Assembly: GCA_964202905.1 (NCBI GenBank)
Contig: CAXNJO010000005.1
Span: 64,001 to 128,000 of the forward strand
Origin: Polyangiales bacterium
GTDB lineage: Bacteria; Myxococcota_A; Polyangia; Polyangiales; JADJQN01
Direction of reading: 5' to 3'
Length of the DNA stretch: 64,000 bases
The translations under genes and the position numbers were made by a program. Position 1 is the first letter of the stretch, and each line of letters opens with the position of its first letter. The notes under the pieces were generated by a model. The model was not told where the DNA came from. It saw nothing but the letters and a program-made list of their open reading frames with translations, and searched no databases. Positions 52,401 to 61,519 of the stretch are shown piece after piece.

Positions 52401-53372
52401 GCGTCGCGCGTCATGTCGAGGCACTGCGCGCTCGCCGCGCCGGCGCCAAATCCATCGGAGTCGCGGTCCTGATAACAGCCGCTCACCAACAGCCCCTCAT
52501 CCGTTTCGCCGTCGCAGTCGTCGTCGGCGCCATTGCAGGATTCCGTCGTCGGACCGGTGCCGCTGCACCCCGCCCAGAGGCCCTCGATGCAGGTCTGCGT
52601 CCCGGCCACGCATGCGCCCGTGTCGCCGCCGCAGCCGCGCGTCGTGCCCGTCACGCAGCCGCAGTCTTCGTCGACGGTGCCGTCGCAGTCGTCGTCGGCC
52701 GTGCCGTCACAGGCCTCCATCGCGGCCGGGTTCGAGGATGGGCGCGCATCGTCACAATCGTCGCCGTTCGTCACCGTGCCCGTCATCCCCGGGCAGCCCG
52801 TGACGGGCGTGCCCGCGCCGAAGCCGTCGCGGTCGGCGTCGGTGTAGAGCATGACGAGCAGGTCTTCGTCCGTGCGGCCATCGCAATCGTCGTCGATGGC
52901 ATTGCACACCTCGGGCACCGCCAGATTCACGCCCGGTCGCGCGTCGTTGCAGTCGTCGCCGCAGGTCGTGCCGTTGCAGCAGCGGGCATCGGGGAAGCCG
53001 TCGCTGTCCGCGTCGCGGAATCCGAACGTCTCCGGATCGCAGTCCTCGTCGAGATCCGCGGCGTCGCAGACCTCGGCCGCGCCCGGATAGCGCGACGGAT
53101 TCGCGTCGTCGCAATCCGTCCCGCCGCACGCCGCGTCGCGTGCGCCGTCGCCATCCGCGTCGACGCACGGGCCCGTCATGTCGGGCGCGCCGAGGTCGAG
53201 CACCATCGCGTCAACGCCGAGATCCGCGGGGGGCACCGTCGCGTCGACGCCCGAGCCGGGCGGCGCCGCGCCGTCGCCGCACGCCGCGAGGAGCGCGGTG
53301 AGGAGCGCGGTGGCCAGGACGCGGAAACGAGGGACGGGACAAGGGCCGCAAGCGAGCAGCGGTGGGCATCAC
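49404..53372 (-). CDS. Large surface lipoprotein: Cys-rich DDDCDG modules + cadherin-like beta-sandwich + 7-bladed FG-GAP propeller (frameshifts at about 53325 and 51555)
   Basis: LLAAC lipobox upstream in the frame of ORF 51494..53236; continues in ORF 49404..51761; LSPVFDPATTMY…VTATDG..Y domain; seven FG.SVALSGDGATLAVGA repeats. Confidence 0.85.
49407..50840 (-). repeat. 210-bp coding tandem repeat, 7 copies
   Basis: The anchor gtattcgacgcctt recurs at 49561, 49771, 49981, 50191, 50401, 50611 and 50821. Confidence 0.97.
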
Positions 53373-53430
53373 GGAGCGAGGCTACCGCAGCCGCGCGGCG
53401 ATTTCGATGGGGCCGCGCGGCCGTTCGCCC

Positions 53431-53600
53431 TCAACGCGGCGCGTGGAAGGGCCCGGTGATCTCGTAGGTGAGACCGCCGTCGCCGCCGCGCTGCGAGCTG
53501 AAATAGAGGCGTGTGCCGCTCGGGTCGAAGGCGGGGCCGGTGATCTCGGAGCCCTCCTGGCCGACGACCTGCACGAGCGCGCGCCACCCCCGCTGCCGTC
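53431..53600 (-). pseudogene. C-terminal remnant of a PhoX/DUF839 family protein
   Basis: SEITGPAFDPSGTRLYFSSQRG…TYEITGPF with no upstream body. Confidence 0.65.
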
Positions 53601-53683
53601 GACGGGGGCAACACACTCGCGTCACCGCGTCCGTGGGCGCCGCGCGCGCTGCGAGCGCTCCGATGCCGCCCGGCGAGGCGCGC

Positions 53684-53703
53684 ACAGCCAGCCGGCTGGC
53701 TGT
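53684..53703. promoter_or_regulatory. Perfect 20-bp palindrome ACAGCCAGCCGGCTGGCTGT (copy 1)
   Basis: Read directly; identical to 57271-57290. Confidence 0.7.
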
Positions 53704-53732
53704 CATGGCCCCGCGACGCCGACCTTCGCCTG

Positions 53733-54914
53733 CTACGTCCCCGGCATCGTCGGCGCGCAGCCGAACTCAGCATGCTCCGGGATGCCATCGCCATCCGTGT
53801 CCGTGTTCACGAGCTCCGCGCAGCTCGGCCACGGCGTCTCGTTCGTGCCATCGCCGTCCGCATCATAGAGACGCCCCGTCCGGTCGAAACAGACGCCGAT
53901 CCCCGTGAGGCGCGAGTCCGTTGGATCCGCCGCGAAGGTGGCCGCAAACACACAATCGTTGGGAGGAGCGCCGGCCCCACGGTCGGGGCACGCATAGGGG
54001 GGCACTCCCGCCGCCCCGTCCGGGGCACCCGCATGCGTCTCGACGGGGCGGCACAAGGCGGTGCAGAGCGTCGTCGCGCGATCGAGCGACGAGAAAAAGG
54101 GGATGAATCCGGCTGCGCACGCGTTGACGTAGAGGGGGCCCTCGATGGGATCACCGTGCACGCGCGTCGAATACGCCGCCGCACAGGCGAACGCACCATC
54201 GCTCAACGAGCCGAAGCAGCCTCGACCGGGGCCGCAAGCGCTGCCGTCGAGACGAAGCTGCGTCACCGGATCACACGTCTCGCTGCAGAGACCCGCGATC
54301 GAAGTGCCCCCCCTCGTGGGCACGAACAGGCCGACGTACGTCACACAGAGATCGTCTCCGCAGCTCGACGGCGTCGAGGGGTCGCAAACGCGCTGACAGA
54401 CCCCGGACAGACAATGAAGCCCGCGGGCGCAATCGTCATAACCGGTCGCCTCCCCGTCCGGTCCAACGGTGCAGGCGCCCCCATCGACGACACGGCCGGC
54501 AGGCACGCATCGCAGGGTCCCCTGGGCGAGGTCCGTCGAGGTGACGACCCACGCGCAGCGCTCGTCGGGGGCACAACCCGCGTGGTCGATCGGGCTGCAT
54601 CGAAGGCCACCGAGATCGGCCACGTTCATGTCCTCGATCCCGGCATCACCCGGCCCCGCCTCGCCCGGCCCCGCGTCGGCCAGGCCCGCATCCACGGCGC
54701 CCGCGTCGACGATCCCCGCATCCGCCGCTCCGCACTCGCACGGCCCGAACCCGCTGCCTGCTGCGTTGCAGACCTGCCCGCCTGCGCAGCCCCCGACACC
54801 AATGCACGCCACGGACACGCCGGAAACGCAACGCGGCTCGGGATCCGATGCGCAGCTGGAAAGGACGAGCGCCAAGGAGAGGGCACCGACGAATGCGACG
54901 CGGAGATGGTTCAT
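53733..54914 (-). CDS. Cys-rich lipoprotein of unknown function
   Basis: LSSC lipobox, DAG low-complexity linker, many paired Cys. Confidence 0.75.
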   Translation of the reverse strand: MNHLRVAFVGALSLALVLSSCASDPEPRCVSGVSVACIGVGGCAGGQVCNAAGSGFGPCECGAADAGIVDAGAVDAGLADAGPGEAGPGDAGIEDMNVADLGGLRCSPIDHAGCAPDERCAWVVTSTDLAQGTLRCVPAGRVVDGGACTVGPDGEATGYDDCARGLHCLSGVCQRVCDPSTPSSCGDDLCVTYVGLFVPTRGGTSIAGLCSETCDPVTQLRLDGSACGPGRGCFGSLSDGAFACAAAYSTRVHGDPIEGPLYVNACAAGFIPFFSSLDRATTLCTALCRPVETHAGAPDGAAGVPPYACPDRGAGAPPNDCVFAATFAADPTDSRLTGIGVCFDRTGRLYDADGDGTNETPWPSCAELVNTDTDGDGIPEHAEFGCAPTMPGT

Positions 54915-54960
54915 GGCAGGGTTCTCATCTTATGCCTCACAACGGACTCGGGTGCATCGC

Positions 54961-57204
54961 TCAACGCCCGGCGCGCAGCGTCAGGGAGAGCGTGACGGTC
55001 GCGCCCGGCGCGCCAGCAATCTGAAGAAAACCCACACCGTTGGGCGCACGCAGGGATTCGCCGACGGAGAGCTCCGATTCCCACGCGACGACGGCGAGAT
55101 CATCCCAGCCGAGCACGCCTTCACCCCGCGCGGGCGGCTCGTGCTCGAGGAAGAAACGGAGCGCACGTGGGTTGGCCATCGGGTCGTCTCCGGTCGTGAC
55201 GTCGGGAGGTACCCGCAGCGGCGCGCTGACCATCGTCCAATCGAAGGTGCCTGCCGGGAGCGTGGCAATCCGCTCACCACCAAACTCCGCATCTCCCTCA
55301 CTCGCGTAATACCTCGCACGCACCGCGGACGCGCCGGCGCCCTCGCCGCGCACCCAACCCACGAACGAGAGATCGCGATTCGGTGTTTGAAGCGAGTCGC
55401 CGGGCACGCGCACGCGGTTGCGAAAGGCGACGACCGCCGGATCGCGACTGCCGGCCGCACGCACCATGCAGAGGCCCTGCAGGCCGCGGCGCGCGTGGCG
55501 CAGACAGGGCTCGCTGTAGATCGAGGTGACGTCGTAACGCGACGCTTCGCCGACGTCTTCGTCGACGTCGTCGTCCTCGAAGGTGCCGTAGACGAGGATA
55601 TCGCTGCCGCGACGCACGCTCGATGCACCCGGTGCCGCATCGAGCCGCGCGACGCTCTCGCCCGGCGCGAGCACGTCACGAAGGTCGACGACGCCGACGC
55701 CCTCCGCGCCCATCCGCGCCTCGACCGTGACGCTGCGCTCCGCGGGCGCGAACGTCGCTTCCTCGGTGCGTGCGACGAGCAGGCGACCCGCCTCGAGGGC
55801 GAACGACACCGAGGGATCCGAGTATTGCGCGATGCGACGCAAGACCGCGTCGGCGATCGGCCCCACGGCGAGGCGCGGGCGGTAATCCTCGAGATAGATG
55901 GGATAGGCCACGACGTGCCGCTCGCGCGTGGAATCGAGATCGGCGAGTACGACGAGGCCGAGCATCGTCTCGTGACGATCCTGATCGAAGGTGAAATTGC
56001 CGAGTGAATGCACCTGCAACACGCCTGCGTGAACGCTAAAGCCCTGCGCGACGTGCGGGTGGTGGCCGATGACGATCAGGGCGCCCGACTCCGCCGCCAA
56101 ATCGAGGCGCGTACGGGTGTAGTCGGTCGGCTCGACGGTGTACTCGACGCCCGTATGAAGCTGCGCGATGGGCAGACGCCCGAGCGCGCGCTCGCCCTCG
56201 ATGACGGCCCGCACGCGGTCCGAGTCGTTGAGGTCGGCCGCGCCTCCCTGCGTGTCGGAGGCGTTGTAGCGAATCGCGTGCACCTCTCCGCTCACGGAGC
56301 TCGCGCCGACGAAGGAGAAGGGGAGTCCGCCGATCTCGGTACGCCACGGAATGAAGGCTTCGTCGGGCGTGCGCCCCGCCCCGGAATAGCCGATTCCAGC
56401 GGCGTCGAGCGTCGCACGCGTATCCATCAGTCCACGCTCGAGATAGTCGTAGACGTGGTTGTTGCCGATCGAGACGAAGGTCACGCCGAGACTCTCGAGC
56501 GCGACGAGGGAGGCAGGGAGCGTGAAATAGCAATACGGCTTCGTCGGGTGCGGCGTCGCGGGCTCGAGGGTGAGCACACTCTCGAAGTTGAGCACGGGGA
56601 AATCGCTCGCCGCGAAGAGCGGCGCGATGCGCGAGACGGCGTCGAGGCTGCCGGGACCGGGGTCCGACACGCGCACGAGCGCGCTCGGGTCGTCGGGCGG
56701 GAAGCTGTAACGATCGGTGAGCTCGAACGGGTCGAGGAAGCGCCGCGCGAAGCTCGTGTCGCCGGCGAAGGCGAAGCGCACGCTGCCGTCGTCGCGTGTG
56801 ACCGTGAGCGCGCCGAGCGCGATGGCGACTTCGCTCACGGGGCGCGCAAGCCACGCCCCGAGGCGCGTCGTGCGCAAGCCCGCGCCCGTGATCGTGAGCC
56901 ACGCGTTGCGCCGTGGCGCCTCGAGCGCGAAACGGCCGTCCGCGTCGGTCGTCGCGCGCACCTCGCCCACCGCGACGTCCGCGCCGGGCACCGGTGTCGC
57001 GTCGGGCAGCACCACGCGCCCCGTGACGGCGATGGAACGCGCGGCCAGCGATTCGCGCGCGAGCGCATCGACGACCAGAACCGCAGGCACCTCGGGCGCC
57101 GCCTCCTCGTACGGCCCCTCGAGGCAGCCGACGAGGCATGCGACGAGGAGCCCGAAGAGTGTCGCGCCCGCGAGTCGCATAAACCGAACATAGGCGCGGT
57201 TCAT
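54961..57204 (-). CDS. CapA/PgsA-family metallophosphatase lipoprotein with a carboxypeptidase-regulatory-like domain
   Basis: FAGD, LNFES, GNNHVYDY, QLHTGVEY, IGHHPHVAQ, HSLGNFTFDQ; LVGC lipobox. Confidence 0.88.
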   Translation of the reverse strand: MNRAYVRFMRLAGATLFGLLVACLVGCLEGPYEEAAPEVPAVLVVDALARESLAARSIAVTGRVVLPDATPVPGADVAVGEVRATTDADGRFALEAPRRNAWLTITGAGLRTTRLGAWLARPVSEVAIALGALTVTRDDGSVRFAFAGDTSFARRFLDPFELTDRYSFPPDDPSALVRVSDPGPGSLDAVSRIAPLFAASDFPVLNFESVLTLEPATPHPTKPYCYFTLPASLVALESLGVTFVSIGNNHVYDYLERGLMDTRATLDAAGIGYSGAGRTPDEAFIPWRTEIGGLPFSFVGASSVSGEVHAIRYNASDTQGGAADLNDSDRVRAVIEGERALGRLPIAQLHTGVEYTVEPTDYTRTRLDLAAESGALIVIGHHPHVAQGFSVHAGVLQVHSLGNFTFDQDRHETMLGLVVLADLDSTRERHVVAYPIYLEDYRPRLAVGPIADAVLRRIAQYSDPSVSFALEAGRLLVARTEEATFAPAERSVTVEARMGAEGVGVVDLRDVLAPGESVARLDAAPGASSVRRGSDILVYGTFEDDDVDEDVGEASRYDVTSIYSEPCLRHARRGLQGLCMVRAAGSRDPAVVAFRNRVRVPGDSLQTPNRDLSFVGWVRGEGAGASAVRARYYASEGDAEFGGERIATLPAGTFDWTMVSAPLRVPPDVTTGDDPMANPRALRFFLEHEPPARGEGVLGWDDLAVVAWESELSVGESLRAPNGVGFLQIAGAPGATVTLSLTLRAGR

Positions 57205-57269
57205 CGCGAAACACCAGCGGCGAAAGAGGAGTCGCACCCCGATACCGCCGCGAAGAAACCGAGAGTACC

Positions 57270-57291
57270 GACAGCCAGCCGGCTGGCTGTC
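57270..57291. promoter_or_regulatory. Perfect 22-bp palindrome GACAGCCAGCCGGCTGGCTGTC (copy 2)
   Basis: Read directly; lies about 65 bp upstream of the CapA-family gene start. Confidence 0.7.
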
Positions 57292-57340
57292 ACGTGTCCT
57301 CGACGCGTCGCCGCACTTCCGGGTGCCGGCGCGCGACGGA

Positions 57341-57847
57341 CTAGATCGGCGAGCAGAACCCGCCGCGGCAGACACCCACCGAGCACGTATCAACCGGACA
57401 GCAGGGCAAGGCGACGAAACCGCACATCACACACGTGCCGCCTGCGCAGGCCAGCCCGGCGTTGCACACCCCTCCCGCACAGCAGGGTCGCACGTTCGCG
57501 CCACAGCTGACGCAGGTGTCGAAGACACACGCCTCGTTCATCGCGCACGTTCCTCCGCACGGCGGCGGCGGGGGAGGCGGCGGTGGCGGCGGTGGCGGCG
57601 GAGGCCCGAGATCCGGTGGCCCGAGATCCGGTGGCCCGAGATCGGGCGCGCCGAGATCGGCTGGGCCGAGGTCCATCGCGCCCGCATCGCTCCCTCCGAG
57701 ATCGACGGGCGATGTCGAGCCGGCATCGAAGCCCGCGTCGACACCCGTTCCGCGGGCCAGCCCCACGCGGTCGACGGCGCACGCAGCGAGCACCGCGCAC
57801 AGCGCGAGACCGATGGCGATGGACGGCGGCAGGCGATGCACCGGCAT
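57341..57847 (-). CDS. Small Cys-rich lipoprotein with DLGPP repeats and a poly-Pro stalk
   Basis: LAAC lipobox; DLG(P/A)x repeats, Pro run, CG..PCC modules. Confidence 0.7.
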   Translation of the reverse strand: MPVHRLPPSIAIGLALCAVLAACAVDRVGLARGTGVDAGFDAGSTSPVDLGGSDAGAMDLGPADLGAPDLGPPDLGPPDLGPPPPPPPPPPPPPPPCGGTCAMNEACVFDTCVSCGANVRPCCAGGVCNAGLACAGGTCVMCGFVALPCCPVDTCSVGVCRGGFCSPI

Positions 57848-57972
57848 GGACGTAGGCGCGAAGTTCGCACGGGTCCACCGACACGGCAAAAGGCGGTTCG
57901 CGCCTCGACTTTCCTCGGCAGTGACACCCCACACGAACGAGGCTATTCCTCCAGCTGCGAGCGCAGAGCCAC

Positions 57973-58590
57973 GTGTCCCCTCGAGCCACCGACGAAGCGC
58001 GCCGCGCACACATGGAGCTCGCCATCGCGGAGGCCGAGCTCGCGCGGGGCGCGACGGGCGACAACCCCTGGGTCGGCTGCGTGATCGTGGACGCCGCGGG
58101 CGCGGTGGTCGCGCGCGGCTACACGCGCGGGCCGGGCGAGGACCACGCGGAGATCGTCGCGATGCAGGAGGCGCGGGCCGCGGGCGTCGACCTCGCCGCG
58201 ACGACGCTCTACTCGACGCTCGAGCCCTGCGCGTTTCATGGGCGCACGCCGGCGTGCGCGCGCGCGATCGTGACGGCCGGCGTGCGGCGCGTCGTCACCG
58301 GCATCCTCGACCCGAACCCGCGCGTCGATGGCGCGGGCTTGCGGATCCTGCGCGAGGCCGGGGTCGAGGTCGTCGAGGACGTCTGCGCCGACGCGATCAC
58401 GCAGCAGCTCGCGCCCTGGCTGCTCTCGTTCCACCCGCACGAGCCGCGTCGCCGCGCGCGCGCGCTGCTCACCGCACCTGGGGGCGACGTGCGCGACGTC
58501 GTCGCGCGGATGACGGCGCTCTACGGACTCGACGCAGCGACGGCGGCCGCGCTCGTTGACGACGCGCACCGCGACGCGGGCGCACCGTGA
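57973..58590 (+). CDS. Stand-alone RibD-type deaminase domain protein
   Basis: NPWVGCVIV, HAE, YSTLEPCAFHGRTPACA, DPNP; no reductase domain. Confidence 0.85.
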   Translation: MSPRATDEARRAHMELAIAEAELARGATGDNPWVGCVIVDAAGAVVARGYTRGPGEDHAEIVAMQEARAAGVDLAATTLYSTLEPCAFHGRTPACARAIVTAGVRRVVTGILDPNPRVDGAGLRILREAGVEVVEDVCADAITQQLAPWLLSFHPHEPRRRARALLTAPGGDVRDVVARMTALYGLDAATAAALVDDAHRDAGAP

Positions 58591-59772
58591 CGCGGCGCCT
58601 CGATCAGGAGGATTCGTCACGCCTCGCGTTCGACGCCGACATCGTCGAGGTCGACGCGAGCGGCCTGCGCGTCGTGCTCGATCGCACGGCGTTTCATCCG
58701 ACGGGCGGCGGTCAGCCCCACGACACCGGGACGTCTCGCGGGCGTGCGCGTCGTCGACGTGATCGACGAAGACACGCGCGTCGTGCACGTGCTCGCAGCG
58801 CCGCTTCCACGCGGATGTCGCGGCACCGTGCGCGGCGAGATCGACGCCGCGCGTCGCCGCGACCACACGCAACAACACTCGGGGCAACACCTGCTCTCGG
58901 CGATTCTCGCCGATGCCTTCGCGCGGCCGACGGTGAGCTTCCACCTCGGCGCGACGCACGCGACCATCGATCTCGCGGGCGAGCCGCTGACGCCCGCGCA
59001 CTTCGCAGACGTCGAATCACGCGTATTTTCCGCGATCACGGCGAACGTACCGGTGAGTTCACGCGTGTGTGAAGGCCCCGTCGCCGGCCTGCGCAAACCG
59101 AGCGAGCGCGGTGGACCGCTGCGCGTCGTGACGATCGAAGGGCTCGACGTGAACGCCTGCGGCGGCACGCACGTCGCGAGGACGGGGGAGCTCGGGCTGC
59201 TGCTGCTGCTCGGCGTCGAGAAGGTACGCGCGCACACGCGGCTCTCGTTCGTCGTGGGCGATCGCGCGCTCACGCACGCGCGTCGCGATGCCACCCTGCT
59301 CGCGGAATTGAGCGCGGCGTGGGGCAGCGACGCCGCGCAGGCCGTGAGCGCAGCGATTCGCCAGCGTGCGCTGCTCGCCGAGCGCGAGCGGCGCATCGAC
59401 GCGCTCGAAGCGGAGCTCGGTGCGCTCGACGGCGCAGCGCTCTACGCCGCGACGCCCGACGATGCCGCCGGGCGGAAGCTGCTGATGCGCGAGGTCGATG
59501 GACCGCTCGACGCGCGTCTCCGTGCGACGGTCGACGCGTTCACCGCGCTGCCACGCACGGTCGCGCTCGTCGGGAGTCGGAGCACGCGCGCGGTCCTCGT
59601 CGCCGCATCCCCCGATGCGGGCCTCGACGCGGGCGCCACGCTGAAAACCGAGCTTGCACGCGTGGGCGGACGCGGCGGCGGCAGCGCGACCCGCGCGCAG
59701 GGAAGCGCGCCGGACGACGCGCGCTTCGACCTCGCGCTGCGGGGACTTCGCGCGAGCGTCGACATCCCGTGA
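58587..59772 (+). CDS. AlaX-type alanyl-tRNA editing protein with DHHA1 domain (frameshift at about 58734)
   Basis: LDRTAFHPTGGGQPHDTG; HTQQHSGQHLLS; ACGGTHV; GGRGGG..AQG. Confidence 0.88.
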
Positions 59773-59866
59773 GGCGTCGCACGAGCGGTTCCACCAGCCG
59801 GATTCGCGCACGCTGGCACAACGTGACACCTCACGTTCTGCGTTTTTTGTTTAGTTTTGACGCGGC

Positions 59867-60595
59867 ATGATTACTGCTTCGCAATTCTCCATGCACACCC
59901 CGCGCTTCGTATTCCTCCTCGCCTCTGCGTGGCTCCTCGTCACCGCCTGCCAGCCCTCAGAGGACGGCCCGACAGACGCCGGAGCGGACGGCGCGGATGG
60001 CGGAGCCGACGCGAGTCCATGCAACGATCCGCCGCAAGACACGCCCCCGCCGCCCACCGTGGACTCACGGCAGACGGTGACCTTCCACGTATCGGGCAAC
60101 GGACTCCTCGTGACCGGAGCCAACGGGCCGTGCGCGCCGCTCTCATTCTCGAGCGGCGCGGACACGCTGACGCTCGTCGGTGCCTCCGAGTGCGGCTGCG
60201 AATGCTCGCCCCCAATTGGACCGTCGGTCGGCCAGCTCGTCCGCCTCGGCACGTACGACATGGTCTGGGACGCGCGTGCACTCGTCAGCAGCTATCGCGC
60301 GCTCGACTGCACGCGCCCCGGCCCGTGGGGGCCCATCTGCAGGAGGACGCGCCTCGACGGCAGGCAGCCCGTCCCCGCCGGCCGTTACACCGCGCGCTTC
60401 GCCATCGAAGACACGCTCCCCGAGGTCTGCACGAGCACGGGCGGCACCCCCGAGACCTTCTCGTGTCGCGACCCGGGTATTTACCGCGACTTCGGCGGCG
60501 GACAGTGTCGGGCCTCTCGCTACGTCGACGTGGAATTCGATCTCCCAGAGAGCGGCGACATCGAGATCGACGTCGTGATCCCGTCGCCCACGTGA
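59867..60595 (+). CDS. Lipoprotein of unknown function (start 59867 or 59891)
   Basis: VTAC lipobox, DAG linker, CGCEC motif. Confidence 0.65.
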   Translation: MITASQFSMHTPRFVFLLASAWLLVTACQPSEDGPTDAGADGADGGADASPCNDPPQDTPPPPTVDSRQTVTFHVSGNGLLVTGANGPCAPLSFSSGADTLTLVGASECGCECSPPIGPSVGQLVRLGTYDMVWDARALVSSYRALDCTRPGPWGPICRRTRLDGRQPVPAGRYTARFAIEDTLPEVCTSTGGTPETFSCRDPGIYRDFGGGQCRASRYVDVEFDLPESGDIEIDVVIPSPT

Positions 60596-60634
60596 GTCAG
60601 CCCGCGCCCAGCGCGGATGCATCTGGGCCCCGGG

Positions 60635-61423
60635 TCAGCGCCCCGAAAAGCGCGCCGCGCGCCGCTCGAGGAAGGACTGCACGCCCTCGCGCGCGTCGTC
60701 GCTCGCGAGGATCGGCGCGAGATCCGCGAGCAGACGCGCCGCGGCCGCAGCCTCTGCATCGGCGAGCGCGAGGCGCGACGAGGCGAGCGTCGCCTGCACG
60801 CCAAGCGGCGCCTGCGCGGCGATGCGCTCGGCGATCGCGACGGCACGCTCGAGCTGTGCGCCCACGGGCACGACCTCCTGCACGAGGCCGACGCGGTGCG
60901 CCTCGCGCGCGTCGAGCTCGTCGCCCGTGAGGAGGAAGCGCATCGCGTTGCCCCAACCGAGCTCGCGCGGCATCCGGATCGTCGCGCCGCCGACGGGGAA
61001 GATCCCGCGCTTCACCTCGATCTGCCCGAAGCGCACGTCCTCGGCGGCGACGCGCACATCCGTCGCGAGGAGCAGCTCGATGCCGATGGTGAAGCAGATG
61101 CCCTGGAACGCGCCGACCATCGGCTTGCGACACGGGCGCGTGGCGTAGCCGAGCGGGTCGAGCGCGCCCTCCGGCACGCTCCAGGTGCCGCTCGCGAAGA
61201 CGGGCGCCCACTGCGCGAGGTCGAGCCCCGCGGTGAAGTGCGCGCCGTGCGCGAAGAGCACGCCGCAGCGCAGCTCGGGGTCGGCGTCGAGCTCGGCGTA
61301 CGCGCGCGAAAGTGCATGAAAAAGCGGCAGATCGAAGGCATTTCGCTTCGCCGCGCGATCGAGGCCGACGAGCAAGACGTGCCCGCGGCGCTCGGTGGTG
61401 ACCTTCCCCTCGTGCTCGCTCAT
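60635..61423 (-). CDS. Crotonase / enoyl-CoA hydratase family protein
   Basis: FTAGLDL, KPMVGAFQG, IEVKRGIFPVGG, FLERRAARFSGR; GGAG SD. Confidence 0.93.
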   Translation of the reverse strand: MSEHEGKVTTERRGHVLLVGLDRAAKRNAFDLPLFHALSRAYAELDADPELRCGVLFAHGAHFTAGLDLAQWAPVFASGTWSVPEGALDPLGYATRPCRKPMVGAFQGICFTIGIELLLATDVRVAAEDVRFGQIEVKRGIFPVGGATIRMPRELGWGNAMRFLLTGDELDAREAHRVGLVQEVVPVGAQLERAVAIAERIAAQAPLGVQATLASSRLALADAEAAAAARLLADLAPILASDDAREGVQSFLERRAARFSGR

Positions 61424-61519
61424 GGCTCCTCCGCGGACGCGCCGCGCAGGCAGCGTCGCACGAAGCCGCGCGGCGCGACCAGCCGCGGGCGCTGCGTGCG
61501 CGGCTGCTACGCTGCGCGC

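Noticed and set aside
54961..57204. Poly-gamma-glutamate capsule locus
   Set aside because: No capB/capC genes; the CapA domain alone is a widespread metallophosphatase fold.
53684..57291. Palindromes as integron attC sites or intrinsic terminators
   Set aside because: No RYYYAAC/GTTRRRY boxes, no loop or U-tract, and no integrase.
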